A DNA stretch of 50,720 nt from Podarcis gaigeae (GCA_964106915.2 OZ066915.1); one strand, 5' to 3'. Counted from the first letter of the stretch, positions 36,617-49,788 are shown. Numbers and translations are program-made. Notes: generated by a model not told the origin, from the sequence alone.

Positions 36617-37009
36617 ATGGGAGTGTTAAGAAATTTAGCTGAAAATCCAAAGCCCCTTAGGTCAAATAGACGGCCAAACGAATTATTAATTCGCAGCAAG
36701 TTTTTAAAACTGTTTCTTCATTCAATGTGGTACCATAATATACACAATCACATATAGCTTAAAAACACAAAATATTTAAAGCACATTATAATATATATAT
36801 CATTAAGGGAGAGGGAATACATGATAAAAACACAAATTTATTCCCACAAGACTCAATACAACTGATCTCTGCACAAAGATGGCCACCTTTGCAAAATTTA
36901 AACTAGTCTAGCCCCAGTTGTAACTGAGTGGATGATGCTGAACAGCAAAGATTTTGTGCTTATCGAAAAGGATTAAAGATTCAAAAGTTATAGCAATCAT
37001 CACAGAAAT

Positions 37010-37012
37010 GGA

Positions 37013-37064
<52 letters not shown>

Positions 37065-37111
37065 AGGTGTAACTAAAGCCAAATTTGAAGGTGTAACTAA
37101 AGCCAAATTTG
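37010..37111. repeat. (GAAA)n microsatellite followed by a perfect 24-bp tandem duplication
   Basis: GAAGGTGTAACTAAAGCCAAATTT occurs twice directly after the GAAA run. Confidence 0.92.
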
Positions 37112-38303
37112 TCATTTATCTTGTGACACATATGTGACACATGAGTACTGCTAAAGAACTAGCTGTTATAGAGTTTCAGATTTCTGCCAATGCTTGCAAA
37201 AGTGACCCATTTTATTACACTCACAGTTCTTTGGATCCCGCCCAATGACTCGCTATGTAGGCTAGAGGGTACAGAGCAGTGTATTGGTTCCAGTCAGGTG
37301 ACAGAGATGGAAAGAAGAAAACTCTAAAGTAATCAAAGGGCTGTCATCTTATACACATTTAATTGGTGGAGTGTCGGGCAATTTTAAAAGATGTGTGTTT
37401 TTTAATATGTGAAATTTCACGCACATTTTGAAATTGTGCATGTTTTCCTTATAATGAGAGAGATCCCAATCTGTGCTTTAGAACTGAGTCAAGAACACAT
37501 TTTGCATGTTTCTGCTGAATGTCTCACGAGCCTGTTAAGCAAACTTTATACCAATTGTTAAGCAAACATGTGCTTCTGATGCCAATTGATTCCAGCAGCA
37601 AATACAAAAGGCAATTGAAGACAATTGTTGTGGTGTCTTATGTCACCAGAGACTCTGTCATAACTGCCTTCTCTACTTAACTCTGGTTCTAAAACAGATA
37701 GCTACTTAAAATCCATAAAAGAGAAATATAGGGGGATGTCAACACTTTCGTACACCATTCTTCAACACATGTCCTTCGAAAGAACAGAAAGCCACAAACT
37801 ACGTACCTGCCAGATGACAAATATTACATTGTACAGCAGCTGTCAAACACAGCTAATGGATAACACAGCATCAAAGTAGTCCACTAGAGACCATAACATC
37901 TCCCTACTCAGATAGCATAGCAGAACAGCAGATTCTAGTAAAGTGCCCATATAACTGACATTTTGCAGTTTTTACAAGGCAAGGAGAGCTATTAGCCAAA
38001 TGTTCAATAGTTCTTCAATGGAAAAACATGATTTTCCTTAAAGTCTCAAGGGGAGGCAGAACTAGATTAGCATTTTTGTTTATATCTCTTTGCCTTATGT
38101 CTAGAAACACATGGAGTTACTGATAGTAGCTATTTTTAAAATAAAATAATCTCACAGAATTTAGTACAGCTTTCAGATTTTAAGGCCTTCTCCATGTTTT
38201 AAGATTCTGGTTTATACCGCACAGGTTTTGAAAGTGATAAATTAATGTCAGATTCCCAACTTATTCTATTTTTTTAAAAGTACTTTAAGGAACTTTGCAA
38301 GCA

Positions 38304-38556
38304 CAGTGGTACGTCGCAAGACAAAATTAATTCGTTCTGTGAGTTTTTTCGTCTTGCGAATTTTTCGTCTTGCGAAGCACGGATTCCCATAGTATTAATG
38401 GTTTTAAGAAAAAGGAAACAAACTCGCAAGACGTTTTCGTCTTGCGAAGCAAGCCCATAGGGAAATTCGTCTTGCAAAGCAACTCAAAAAACGAAAAACT
38501 CTTTCTTCTTGCGAGTTTTTTGTCTTACGAGGCATTCGTCTTGCGAGGTACCACTG
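38304..38556. mobile_element. Tigger/pogo-like MITE
   Basis: TIRs CAGTGGTACGTCGCAAGAC / GTCTTGCGAGGTACCACTG; internal TTCGTCTTGCGA repeats; CA on both flanks. Confidence 0.88.
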
Positions 38557-38569
38557 CATTTTTTAAAAG

Positions 38570-38882
38570 TAGTGCAGATTTTATCTAATAAGCACATTCT
38601 TGCATGCAATTTTGCCTAATATGAACGTTTTTGCAAAGAATTTCCCCCAAATACAATATAATGTTATTTTTATTAATATATACATTTTTATGCACTCTTT
38701 TTGCATAGGATGTACATTTTTGTACACATTGCTTAGCTTAAGAACTGCATTGCAAAATTTAGAGAAGCATGAATTTTGAAAGATGGCTGAGTTTCAGTTT
38801 GCGCACTGTTTTGGAAACTGCAATTAGGAAAATTACCGTAGTCTTTAAATGCAAGCTGGATAGAAGTTCTCCCTTGTTTCTA
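38570..38882 (-). mobile_element. Interspersed squamate repeat, copy 3
   Basis: GAACTGCATTGCAAAATTTAGAGAAG..GAATTTTGAAAGATGGCTGAGTTTC; homologous to 11745-11930. Confidence 0.7.
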
Positions 38883-38996
38883 GTTCTCAGTATACTTCTG
38901 AAAAAATCCTGGAATAAAGAGTCAGATGTGCTGATGCCAACAGAAGAGAAAGTGAGTAGCATGTGCATCAAGAGGCAGGAAGTGATAATAATGGTA

Positions 38997-39037
38997 AAAT
39001 AATAACAATAATAATAACAACAACAACAACAACAACG
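38997..39037. repeat. (AAT)n/(AAC)n microsatellite
   Basis: Seen directly. Confidence 0.9.
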
Positions 39038-40013
39038 ACCTTATGTAGGGATAAGCCCAGAGTCATTACCAAGTAACCCTGTTTTCCATAACCTGTAAAA
39101 TCAGGAATAGATGTAGCCACTCATTCACAAACATGAATATGGTGTTTCCAAATGTTTAAGGATTACACATTACGAAATATGTCCTTAGAGCCACCAAATC
39201 CATCTGGTTCTGAGCTAAGTTCACCAAGCATGACAGTATTCCAAATCAGGATCCAAAGAAATTAGTGTAGCCTCATGACAGTTATTAAACTACCAGTTGT
39301 CCTGAATGCTGAAATGTAAAACTTCAATCAAAAGTAAATTAATCTTTCTGAATTGGTTCTCCCGCCCACACAAATTTTGGCTGCATATATGTCTTTGGAG
39401 CCCTTCCATGTTTTTGCCTCAGCCACAAGACAACAGTTACCCATCCTAAGGCATCCCTGTAATTTTACAGAAAAGGCAAGATGCCTTAAACTTGTGTGTA
39501 GATAGTGAGAAAGACAAGAAAGCTTATGGCTTCACAGCACACATCATCAACTTTTCAATTTTCTTCTGTTTACCATATGAATGCATGGCACTAAGAACCT
39601 CATGAGCATTCAGAGCTTAGGATAAAGGGACCTCAGACAGAGTAAGCAATCAAGAGCTGCAATCTGTTTAACAAAGAGGACCATCTGGAAGCTGACTTTT
39701 AAGTTACTCAAGTAAGTAAGTTACATTGAGGCATAACTGGTTAGCCATATTTGCAGGAGAGTAAGATTTTTCTTGCCTGCATTGTGCAGCCTACACCTAA
39801 TGGCTGATGTATAATCATTAGGGCTGCTGTATCAGTTTGCTAAATTCCATTTGGGGCACAAGCTTAATGGTGCCTATTTGGCTTCTGTAGGTGATAATGG
39901 AATCTTAACATTTGCATATCGTTTTGACAAGCATTTTTAAAATCCCTCCTTATCATCTGCTTTGGAGTTCCATTTTAAAGCCTATTTTTTTACAGCCCAA
40001 CCCATTTGTGTTT

Positions 40014-40047
<34 letters not shown>
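40014..40047. repeat. (GT)n microsatellite
   Basis: Seen directly. Confidence 0.95.
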
Positions 40048-40048
<1 letters not shown>

Positions 40049-40135
40049 ATTTCACTAAAAGACTATAAAAAGTTTTTGGGGTTTTTTAATCTAGGCAATG
40101 GATTCATCAGAGTGTAAGATTAGTCTTTTAAAGTT

Positions 40136-40415
40136 GTAAAAAGGAAAAGGACCCCTAACAGTTAAGTCCAGTCGCAGACGACTCTGGGGTTGCAGTGCTC
40201 ATCTCGCTTTACTGGCCAAGGGAGCCAATGTTTGTCTGCAGACAAACCAGAGCAGTGCACAGTTTACCTTCCTGCCAGAGCAGTACCTATTTATCTACTT
40301 GTACTTTGACATGCTTTTGAACTGCTAGGTTGGCAGGAGCTGGGACCGAGCAACGGGAGTTCACCCCGTCGCGGGGATTCAAACCACTGACCTTCTGATC
40401 AGCATGCCCTAGGCT
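40136..40415 (-). mobile_element. Sauria SINE, internally deleted and 5'-clipped
   Basis: Reverse complement of the Sauria body (GTACCTATTTATCTACTTG, GGACCCCT.ACAGTTAAGTCCAGTCG). Confidence 0.92.
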
Positions 40416-40851
40416 TTCCTGAATTAGTTCATCTTCAAAGTTTGGCTAGGTGACCTATTTGTAAAAGCTTGAATTGTTCTGAAAGGGACATTAGGATGCT
40501 AAAAAGTTGTTCTAAAGTTGCCAGTCAAAACTAAAACAGTAAAATAAAGTGGTTGGTACAATAATATGGGATGCTGAACTTTAGAGCACACACACACCAG
40601 AAGGTTAAAGAGCTAAGCTAGGGAAAAGCAAAGGATGCTGTAATTGTCCCAATTTATTATGCAAGCTCACAAGACAACAGAACACACCAAAAGCTATACT
40701 AGGCAAGTTATGGTTTGGGGTTTGTCTTCTGGCGCAATTGTAAGCGACTGTATTCATGTGCTAAGCATCAAACAAAGTGTTGAAGAGGAGAGCTGATTCT
40801 CTCTTACACCTCTGGTGTATTTACAGCCTTCTGTGTCACATATGGAGGCAA

Positions 40852-40852
<1 letters not shown>

Positions 40853-40901
<49 letters not shown>
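40853..40901. repeat. (ATT)n microsatellite
   Basis: Seen directly. Confidence 0.95.
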
Positions 40902-40905
<4 letters not shown>

Positions 40906-41535
40906 CACTTTATCTTGCTCAAGACAACCCAAAGCCATCTAAAACTCAAAGTTAGATGAAACACAATGTCCTGCATAGAACTCTGTACACATGCTAAATG
41001 CATTTGAAAAACCACTAGGAGAATGACGTCCTGAAAGTCAGTGCGTTGCAGATTTCTACATTTATGCATCTGACAAAGGAAGGAGGCCTTAGCTCATGCC
41101 ACAATAATTAAAAAGTCACTCTTCACTCTCTCTTTTTTCTACAACAGGCCAACATGTATACATCCTGGAGTTCTAAGCATGGTACTGGTACTTCACATGA
41201 TGCAAGATGTCAAGAGGATTCTCAAATTAGGGCTTCCAGTAGCTACTCTTCAGTGCCTTGATACTTGTGCCAGCCATCCTTGGGCTCTTTCACAAGCCTG
41301 TCAGACTAGGGACCATAGAGCAAAGGCACTTTTTTTTCTTTTGCATTTTCTAGAATGCAAAGCTGGCTTTTCCATTGACCCCATGGCCTAAAGTACAACC
41401 TTGTAGCCCAGTGGAGAGATGCTAAACCCCAATAAAAACCCTTCCTTCTGAGCAACTTGTCCCATTCAGTAACAATAAAGAATCTTATCTCACATCACAC
41501 CTGATTTGCCTGTTGGTACCTGATCCCCACCTGCA

Positions 41536-41900
41536 GGGACGCAGGTGGCGCTGTGGGTTAAAGCCTCAGCGCCTAGGACTTGCCGATCGAAAGGTCGGCG
41601 GTTCGAATCCCTGCGGCGGGGTGCGCTCCCGCTGCTCGGTCCCAGCGCCTGCCAACCTAGCAGTTCGAAAGCACCTCCGGGTGCAAGTAGATAAATAGGG
41701 ACCGCTTACCAGCGGGAAGGTAAACGGCGTTTCCGTGTGCGGCTCTGGCTCGCCAGAGCAGCGATGTCATGCTGGCCACGTGACCCGGAAGTGTCTCCGG
41801 ACAGCGCTGGCCCCTGGCCTCTTGAGTGAGATGGGTGCACAACCCCAGAGTCTGTCAAGACTGGCCCGTACGGGCAGGGGTACCTTTACCTTTACCTTTT
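41536..41900 (+). mobile_element. Sauria SINE, full length and young
   Basis: CpG-rich with intact GGTTCGAATCC B box; 13-bp TSD TACCTGATCCCCA at 41517-41529 and 41901-41913. Confidence 0.96.
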
Positions 41901-42800
41901 TACCTGATCCCCAGGCCCACCCATGCTACCTGCCTCCTAACTATGCCCCCATCACTCCATGCCAGAATTTGTGGCAGTCCGTCGCAAGCCTGACACATCA
42001 TCACTTCTGTGCATGACACCAATGTCTGGAACACAGCAGTAGCTAACATGCAACCAATGCACAAAAATAAATGCTGCATTGGATAACTTTGTTCCCTTGT
42101 TTTGAAAGTTCAGTCTGGCTGGCCTGAATTCACTTCAAAATGAGTCCTTTTAAAATTTTGCCTTACATTGCCAGGTTTTAAATGGAAAACTTTTGATAAA
42201 TGAAATATAATAAAGGACATGTTTCCAAGGTGTCAACAAAGGAGCATTTGTGTTTACTATTCAGAGCAGACAAAGCCCAAGGAAAGTGTCTTGTAATCAA
42301 AGGAGAAAGTATTGATCTCAAAATGTGTATACCTCTGACTTTCTTGGCAGTTTTGAACTACAGTTATTGTGGGTTCTTTGGGTTCTTTTCTGGGAGGGGC
42401 TGACTTTTTAATACCTTTTTTTAAAAAAATGTAAAAACAATTTGTCAGACTACTGGCCCTCAATTAATGTGACAAGCAATTTTACTATCACAAACTATGT
42501 AAGTGTTGTGTATGGTCATTAAACACTTGACAATGATTGGCTGAAACCAAAGGCATATGTAAGCATGCTTAAATCCCATTTAAATCAATAGATTGTAAGC
42601 TTTCCTTATTTTCTTTAGTACTTCAAACAGGAATTGGAATGCACTTCACTTTCCAGTTAAGATTTCCTGGTTCTCAGAAAAGGTGTGTGTGTGGAACAAA
42701 ATATGTTCCAAATAAAGGAAAAGCATACAGAGAAACTGGATACATTTGAAAAAGCAGGTCATTGCTAGCTGATCTGTAATAAATACACTATGGGCTACAG

Positions 42801-42936
42801 CAGTGATGGCCAAACTTGGCCCTCCAGCTGTTTTGGGACTACAACTCCCATCATCCCTAGCTAACAGGACCAGTGGTCAGGGGTGATGGGAATTGTAGTC
42901 CCAAAACAGCTGGAGGGCCAAGTTTGGCCATCACTA
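42801..42936. mobile_element. Young hAT (Charlie-like) palindromic MITE
   Basis: ~55-bp near-perfect inverted arms starting CAGTGATGGCCAAACTTGGCCCTCCAGCTG; perfect 8-bp TSD GGCTACAG at 42793-42800 and 42937-42944. Confidence 0.95.
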
Positions 42937-45900
42937 GGCTACAGTATCTTAAGCCACGATGCATTTAACGTGGGCAGATTACTCAATAAATGCACATGCT
43001 GACACATTATCTGGCCATGTTCTCTCCTTCCAAAGAAGGCCAGTTCTACCATTAGGCAGAGTGAGGCAGCCACCACAGGAGATGCTAGAGTGTGGAGGTT
43101 CAGTGGCAGCAGCTCCATCCCCACAGCTAATTGTTCTGAGCACGGTGGGCATTCCCTTCTGTTGGAGGATAAAGAATAGCCATCCCTGTGCTCTCTGAGA
43201 AAGCCTGCTGCCCTCAGGTATGGCAGAGGGTGCTGCCCCATTGCCAGGAATGGCCAGTGAGGAGGGAAGCCACTGCAGACATGACGTCCTAGAAGCAGCA
43301 TCACTTCTGTGTAGCTGTATACTGTCAGGTGGGGCAGGGTGACAGAAAATCAGGTTGTCTTATGTGCACCAGCACATGAGGTTCATCAGTGGTCCATGAA
43401 GGAGGCAGCCCTCTCCACCAGCCATTCTTGCCTATCACCAGTATTAAATTATGTTTCAGCTGCCAGTCAGGTGGCATTCTGTAGACGGAATGGGTGGTAT
43501 CTTATATGTCTTTAGGCAACCCTGCTTCCAAAGGAAAACAAACCTATGTAAGCACTGTCCGGTGGAGCTTTCCATTACTTGGGGAGGAGCAGAGTACATT
43601 GCACTAGTGTCAGTGCTGAGATTGTGTGTTTCCTTGGCAAGAGCTGGGATAACTGAACAAGAAAAGAAAAATCAGCCGCAACACTCCTAGATCAAATGAA
43701 GCTGAGGATCCACTAGCAAAATCATCAGCTTATCAAGGACCACAGAGCCAATATGAACTAGCTTCAAACTTCTGAAGTACAGCTGATACAAACTATGGTG
43801 TCCCAGTATGAGATTGAAGCACACCTACAATTGCACCAGCTAGCAATATAGTCATTTCTGACTGTGAAATTGCATAATATTAAGATTCAGGCACTCAATG
43901 GCTTGGACTCAAAAGTGCCTTGTGCAACTTGTTTCCACTCATGCAACATTTCTTCACCCCAATTATTGTAATTTCCACCTCCCACTATAGGATCTGTGCC
44001 ACATCCCATGCTGTTCCAAAAGAGTTTGGGCACAGAAGAGGAGCCTTTGGGGGCACAGGGTGCTGCAGTGTGGAGGAAGGGCTGGTAAAGCCTTGTTGTG
44101 TGACTGGTGTTCTACTCACATTCCTAACAATCCAACTCAATGGGGTGGATTCAGACTTTAGACCTAGATGAGGGTACATTCTAAGAAGGGAGTAAATTCC
44201 ACTTGTTAGAGTAGCCCACCAAAGCAACCTCCACATTAGGTGTATTTAGATGACAGTTGAAGATGTATTTATTTCGCTAAGCCTTCAGAATGTGATGCTG
44301 GTTAGGCTTAGTGCTGATGCTTTTACAATGTGATTTTATTCCATTTTTGTTTTATATTGGAGAAAGGGCAGGTAAAAGTACTCTGAAAATAAAATAATAG
44401 TAATTTAAACAAATGTTTTCAGTTTTTTCAGTTTTCATAATAGCAGTTGTACAGTTTATATCAAAATAATAATAAAGAACTTCTTAGCTTGCTCTTGCAC
44501 AGAACCAAACTTTATTGATTAGTGACTAGTAAATTTAATCCAGATAAAAAGGGAAGTGACTCAACTTGATTTTTTCACCTTCTAAGGTGGTAGCCCTCAC
44601 TATCAATAGTGCCAAACTAAGCAACATGTCCACAAAGAATTTGTACTTTACACTGCAGTGATCAATTTAAGCTTTGCTGTATTTGTTAATAAAAACATTT
44701 TCTGAAGTTGTTGCGTATTTTAACAAGCATCTGCATAACCATCTGTAAAATATGCAAATGCCCATGATTAATATTCCCCATAACCTTACTGCAACCATTT
44801 TTCTTCAAGAATGTATTCGTTTTCAAGAAACACAGTTTATACTGAAAGCACATTTACATTTTATTATCCCTAAATGCTTAACTACCATAACTAATGCTTG
44901 ATTAATAAATAGCTATCTCGTGCTGCTACTTTAAACTTCACAATTTAAACTTCACAATTTATACGCAATTCTTTCTTGATGTTGTCTATGGCCCTTTTTA
45001 AAACAGTTGCATGGGAATGACAAAAGGTCAAAATAAGTAAAACAGATTTAATTCACATTGTCCCATAAGCTACAATTTATTGTTCTACCAAACCTAATTA
45101 AATCCTGGGTAAAGTCATAAAGTTTATAGACCCTATTAAAAACTGGAATTGGAGGACAAGATCTTAATGTGTTGTGGACAATCATCTGACTTGCAAATCT
45201 TTGCCGGACATGCTTATTTTGTAGGTGTCTGACAAAGAAGCAGTAAATTGCTAACATAAAAAGGATGCCTTCAATTCACTTATCCAACAGCACATCTACA
45301 GTCCCCTGCACAAAACAATGGCCTTGTAATCAGCTGCAAAGTGACAGTTTTATGTTAAAATTGGGACACCATACTTCACCCGTTATTATTTTATTATTTT
45401 TATTCCCACAAACTGCTCACTTGCCAATATTATAGTTACTGGAGCATTACAGATTTAAGGCTGCTTTGAGTTATAGAGAAACAACATGGATAAAAATACC
45501 CTCCACCATGACATCATAATGCAGAGAAAAATCAAAGATGAGTGGGCTTTCAAGGGTGTCAGAGAACAAACACTTGGCTGGGGAATGCAAGCACATATAC
45601 TTTTTTCTCAAATATTTGCAATATGGCAGCTTCCTGCAATAGTGTGCCTGGATAGACCTACACATCTGGACTCATCCATGTGAAACAAAACAAAGACTAT
45701 TTCCTATGAAATGGAAACATCCAATATGCAGTCATGAAATTATCTTTTCCCCCTAAATTCTGTTGCACACATTCCAAATCTAATTTTGCTTTTCCAGATG
45801 ACTTTAATCCAACAGACGAAGCCTTCTTTACATTCAAGTTTACTATTGTAATAGGCAGCAATAGAGAAAAAGCATCAGCTCTCATTGATTTGATTATGGA

Positions 45901-46582
45901 GCTACCATGTACCCACAGAGAGCAAAGAGTTGTTTATAGAAGTTATAGAGAGATTGTTAAAGTAATTATACTTAAAGGCACCTTTCCAAGGTTATAATGG
46001 CACCTTGTACAACTATATGCATCCCACACAATTTCAATCATCCTTGTTATAATAATAGGGATCATTCATTTTACATAGACAGGTGTGCAAAGCCAAGGTG
46101 TCTAGTTGTTTAATTGAAATTATAGCAGGAATTAATTATACGATTAACAGTTCCCTAAAGTGACATGATAGAGCAGTACCTACAACTGAAGCTGAGGTTC
46201 AATGATGGAACATAAAGGTCATAAGGACTAATTATGATGTAAATGTGAGTCAAATGAATGCAAGTGATGTTCTTCAAATTCAAAAGGATTAAAAGCACAT
46301 GGGTGTGTCGGGGGGGGGGAATTGTATGGAAAAAATAACAATGACACTGAAATACTAGATGTGCAGAGCCTAGGGGAGAGGCAGGGGAAATGAATTAAAA
46401 TACAGAAAAGTTTGCCACTCGGAAATAATTTTATCAGTATATAAATTTAATAAGCCAAACTCTTCATTGTTTAGATAGATTGACTGGTGGCATTTGGGGT
46501 GAAGTATTATGCTGCAAAAAATTTCACAATAATCGGATCCAGATGTTCTGTATGTAACTTCTAGGGGATTCTCTGTCTTTCT

Positions 46583-46588
<6 letters not shown>

Positions 46589-46633
<45 letters not shown>
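46589..46633. repeat. (CT)n microsatellite
   Basis: Seen directly. Confidence 0.95.
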
Positions 46634-46637
<4 letters not shown>

Positions 46638-48931
46638 ATTTTATCTATTTGCCAACTGATTTTAATACATTCCTCCAATATGTACTCTAGTATATGAGAC
46701 TTACCAGTTGTAATCAAGATCATGTCTCATTTCTCTTTCTTCTACAGCTGTGTAAATGCAAGAGCGGCCACATGGGATAATAGAAGTGAGCCCGTTGGAT
46801 TTTGAAACCTCAGCCTAGGCATTCTTTAACCATAGGCTGAATGAAGTTAGTGGTCAGAAGTTCAGTGGAGCTACTTTGGACATTTAAAACTAAATCTGCA
46901 ATAATATTAGACTTGGTTAAAAAACAACAACAACACCTAACCACATATAAGAATTCCAGTAAAATTAATCTGCACCAATCCAAGAAGTGAAATCCAGTTC
47001 CTGTTAAACTTGTTGGAAGTAACTGAGGCAAATAGGGATATGCACCCAATTGTTATCCAGGGACACCCCCCAGTTTATGAACCTGCTCCTCTGGGGGAGA
47101 ACAACTGCATCTGAATATTTAAACCACACTCCAAACTTGAACTTTTCCACCTAATATAATGTTGCTTTGCTCTTTTGCAGTGCCCACCTTTTTGAGCAAT
47201 TTGTCCCTAGGGTGCAGTGATGGGTTAGCCAATTATAAGAAGGGGGGAATATTTTGATGAATGGGTCATTTTTGGAGCACTCTGCACTTTTGACTCATAA
47301 ATTCTACGGAAAACCAGGTAAATGGTGCATAGCTTATTAATGAACAGAGCTCTAAATATCAAATTATCTCATCAGCTGGAAATGCAAAAGTTATATTTCA
47401 ATGAGGCAATTTAGGAATATACAAACTCCTCTGTGCTATACTGTGTCTCCGGAGACAGACCTGTATAATAATATCCTTCTTTCATTTTAAAGGATAGGAC
47501 AGCTGCAATGAAGAGTTTGCCAGACCTTCAAACTCTGCCCTCCAGTGAGGGTGAACTTACAGCCCTCACCTTGCATTGTAAGCCTGAAAGCACCATTAAG
47601 CACATGATGAATTGCAAGCCATAAGACAGATATAGGCCAACGCACATGGAAAAGCCTTAAATCTCACCAGAGCCAGCAGAAATTCAAAGGTTCCTCATAG
47701 CAAAGAATCCACTGAAACTGCTAAAATGCAGAAAATGCTTGAAATGTGATCCTGCTTGCCTTCCACAAAATGCTTTGAATCATTAGTACAAGTATTATCA
47801 GGTAGGATGACAGCAAAAGTGAAATTAGGAGATTCTGTGTAATTAAATAGCATGAATTTTCCAGTGTGGATTTCAAAAGTCTATCAGCAGCACTTTCTTG
47901 CATGTATCAAGGAACTAGCTTGATGTAATGCTTAAATCCCATTTTGTAACGTGTGAATCAAGTTAACACAGAAGAAAATAATAGCCTTCTGGGGGATGGC
48001 TAACACAGTTTCTAGAAGTATTTGACTTGCTTGGCCTTTGCAGAATTCATGCCAGGGATGGGTTGACCCACTGCGAGTTTCTTGGGGAAGAAAGTGACCA
48101 ATAAATATTAGAAGCATGTACCTGCGTGCTTTAATTTATTGAACTTTGAAGAAATTACAAGAGAGGGCGAAACACAAACAAACACAATCAGACATCTACT
48201 ACCTGAAAAAGATATTAACCAGTTTGTCTTATGAAAAATGGGGAGGACAGACTCCATTTGTTCATCCTATGTAAGTTCCCTGAGTACACAAATTCTCAAA
48301 ATAAAAAGCATTTCACTATTGACAATCCCCAATTGCTGGCTTCTTTACAACTGTGCATAAAATGTTCTCAGGTAGGGAGGTGCTTTTGACAAATAGGCAA
48401 AATGTCCCAGCCACTCCCTTGGGTTCCTTTTCAATAGTCTGTGACCTTTGCCAAGTTCCACATTTCTTTCAAAATTAATGCACTGACTAAGTGCAATGAA
48501 TAAATTTCTTAGAAAGCAAACCAATTTCTTTAGCATCACCCATCAACATGAATATTTTTTTTCCCTTTGTGCTTAGAATAATGACTTTTTTTGGAAGGCA
48601 AATGGAAAACTCTGTTAATGTAGTTCCATGGGCAAAGCCTGAGAACACTGTAAATTACCCTGCTTAATGGACTTTGGAATTTATTTAGCTGTCCATTTGA
48701 AAGCTTCAGAGCTTCAAGAGGACAGACTCAAATGGTTTATCCCTCTCTGTCTCTCTCACATACACACACCATTTCATTGTGTTTTGCTTACAATTATTTG
48801 TTTATTGAATTTGTAAAGAAAATGCCCTTAAAATCGGGTATTTTGGGATGCTTATATAAATATTCTGATAATCTGTTCCATGATCACAGTTACATAGGCA
48901 TTCAAAAGTATGCATATTGCTCCTGTGTATG

Positions 48932-48993
<62 letters not shown>
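48932..48993. repeat. (GCTT)n microsatellite
   Basis: Seen directly; source of the LACL/KQAS low-complexity ORFs. Confidence 0.95.
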
Positions 48994-48994
<1 letters not shown>

Positions 48995-49385
48995 TTCCCC
49001 ATTCACTTCAGTATGGAAGGAACAGCTCCATAGTTACAAATGGATGCATGTCTCATCTACTAAATGAATGTCTCTCTTCTGCTAAAATGAATAGAAAAGT
49101 TCATTGGCCCACGTGTACATTGGAACTTCCATGGTGTGAGGTTGCTTGTCTTCTCAACAGATTCCAATTAGGATCTGACCCAAAACTTTAATGAAAGTGG
49201 CTGGGAGCCAAACTAGTAGCAGGCAGGCATGGGGAAGAACTGTGAATGCCGCTGAAACAATGTTGTATTCACTGCTTCATTCTGCCCTAACCCTGCCCAA
49301 AAGTTACACTGCTGCAGAAAACTATAAATGAACAACAAATGTGTCGTTCTCAGTAGAGGAATTGGGCAGGGGGGAGAGAGAGGTC

Positions 49386-49526
49386 CAGTGGCGTAGCGTG
49401 GGTTGTCAGCACTCGGGGCAAGGCAAGTAATTTGCGCCCCCTAACCCGTGGATTTGCGCCCCCTAACCCCCAGATGTTGTGCCCAGTGCGGCTGGCCCCC
49501 CCTGCACCCCCCACACTATGCCACTG
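49386..49526. mobile_element. hAT (Tip100-like) MITE
   Basis: TIRs CAGTGGCGTAGCGTG / CACACTATGCCACTG; perfect 8-bp TSD GAGAGGTC at 49378-49385 and 49527-49534; ATTTGCGCCCCCTAACCC twice inside. Confidence 0.92.
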
Positions 49527-49605
49527 GAGAGGTCCAGCAAATAATAATAATAATTGTGGGTTAAAAATTAGGAAATCATGACTCTCCCATAACCAAAGCA
49601 CTCCC

Positions 49606-49788
49606 GTTACAGATAGGTAGCCGTGTTGGTCTGCCATAGTCAAAACAAAACAAAATTTTCCTTCCAGTAGCACCTTAAAGACCAACTAAGTTAGTTCTTG
49701 GTATGAGCTTTCGTGTGCATGCTCATACCAAGAACTAACTTAGTTGGTCTTTAAGGTGCTACTGGAAGAAAAAAAAAATTTTGTTTTG
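49606..49788. mobile_element. Penelope-like element terminal-repeat palindrome
   Basis: GTAGCACCTTAAAGACCAAC..GGTATGAGCTTTCGTGTGCATGC is typical of squamate Penelope pseudo-LTR ends, here in inverted arrangement; 14-bp flanking duplication ACCAAAGCACTCCC. Confidence 0.8.

Noticed and set aside
38304-38556. Recurring TTCGTCTTGCGA units resembling a CRISPR-like array
   Set aside because: Irregularly spaced subterminal repeats within a MITE in a vertebrate genome; no cas genes.
48732-49191. LACL/KQAS repeat ORFs (also poly-L, poly-H, TH and ER ORFs elsewhere)
   Set aside because: Translations of microsatellites.
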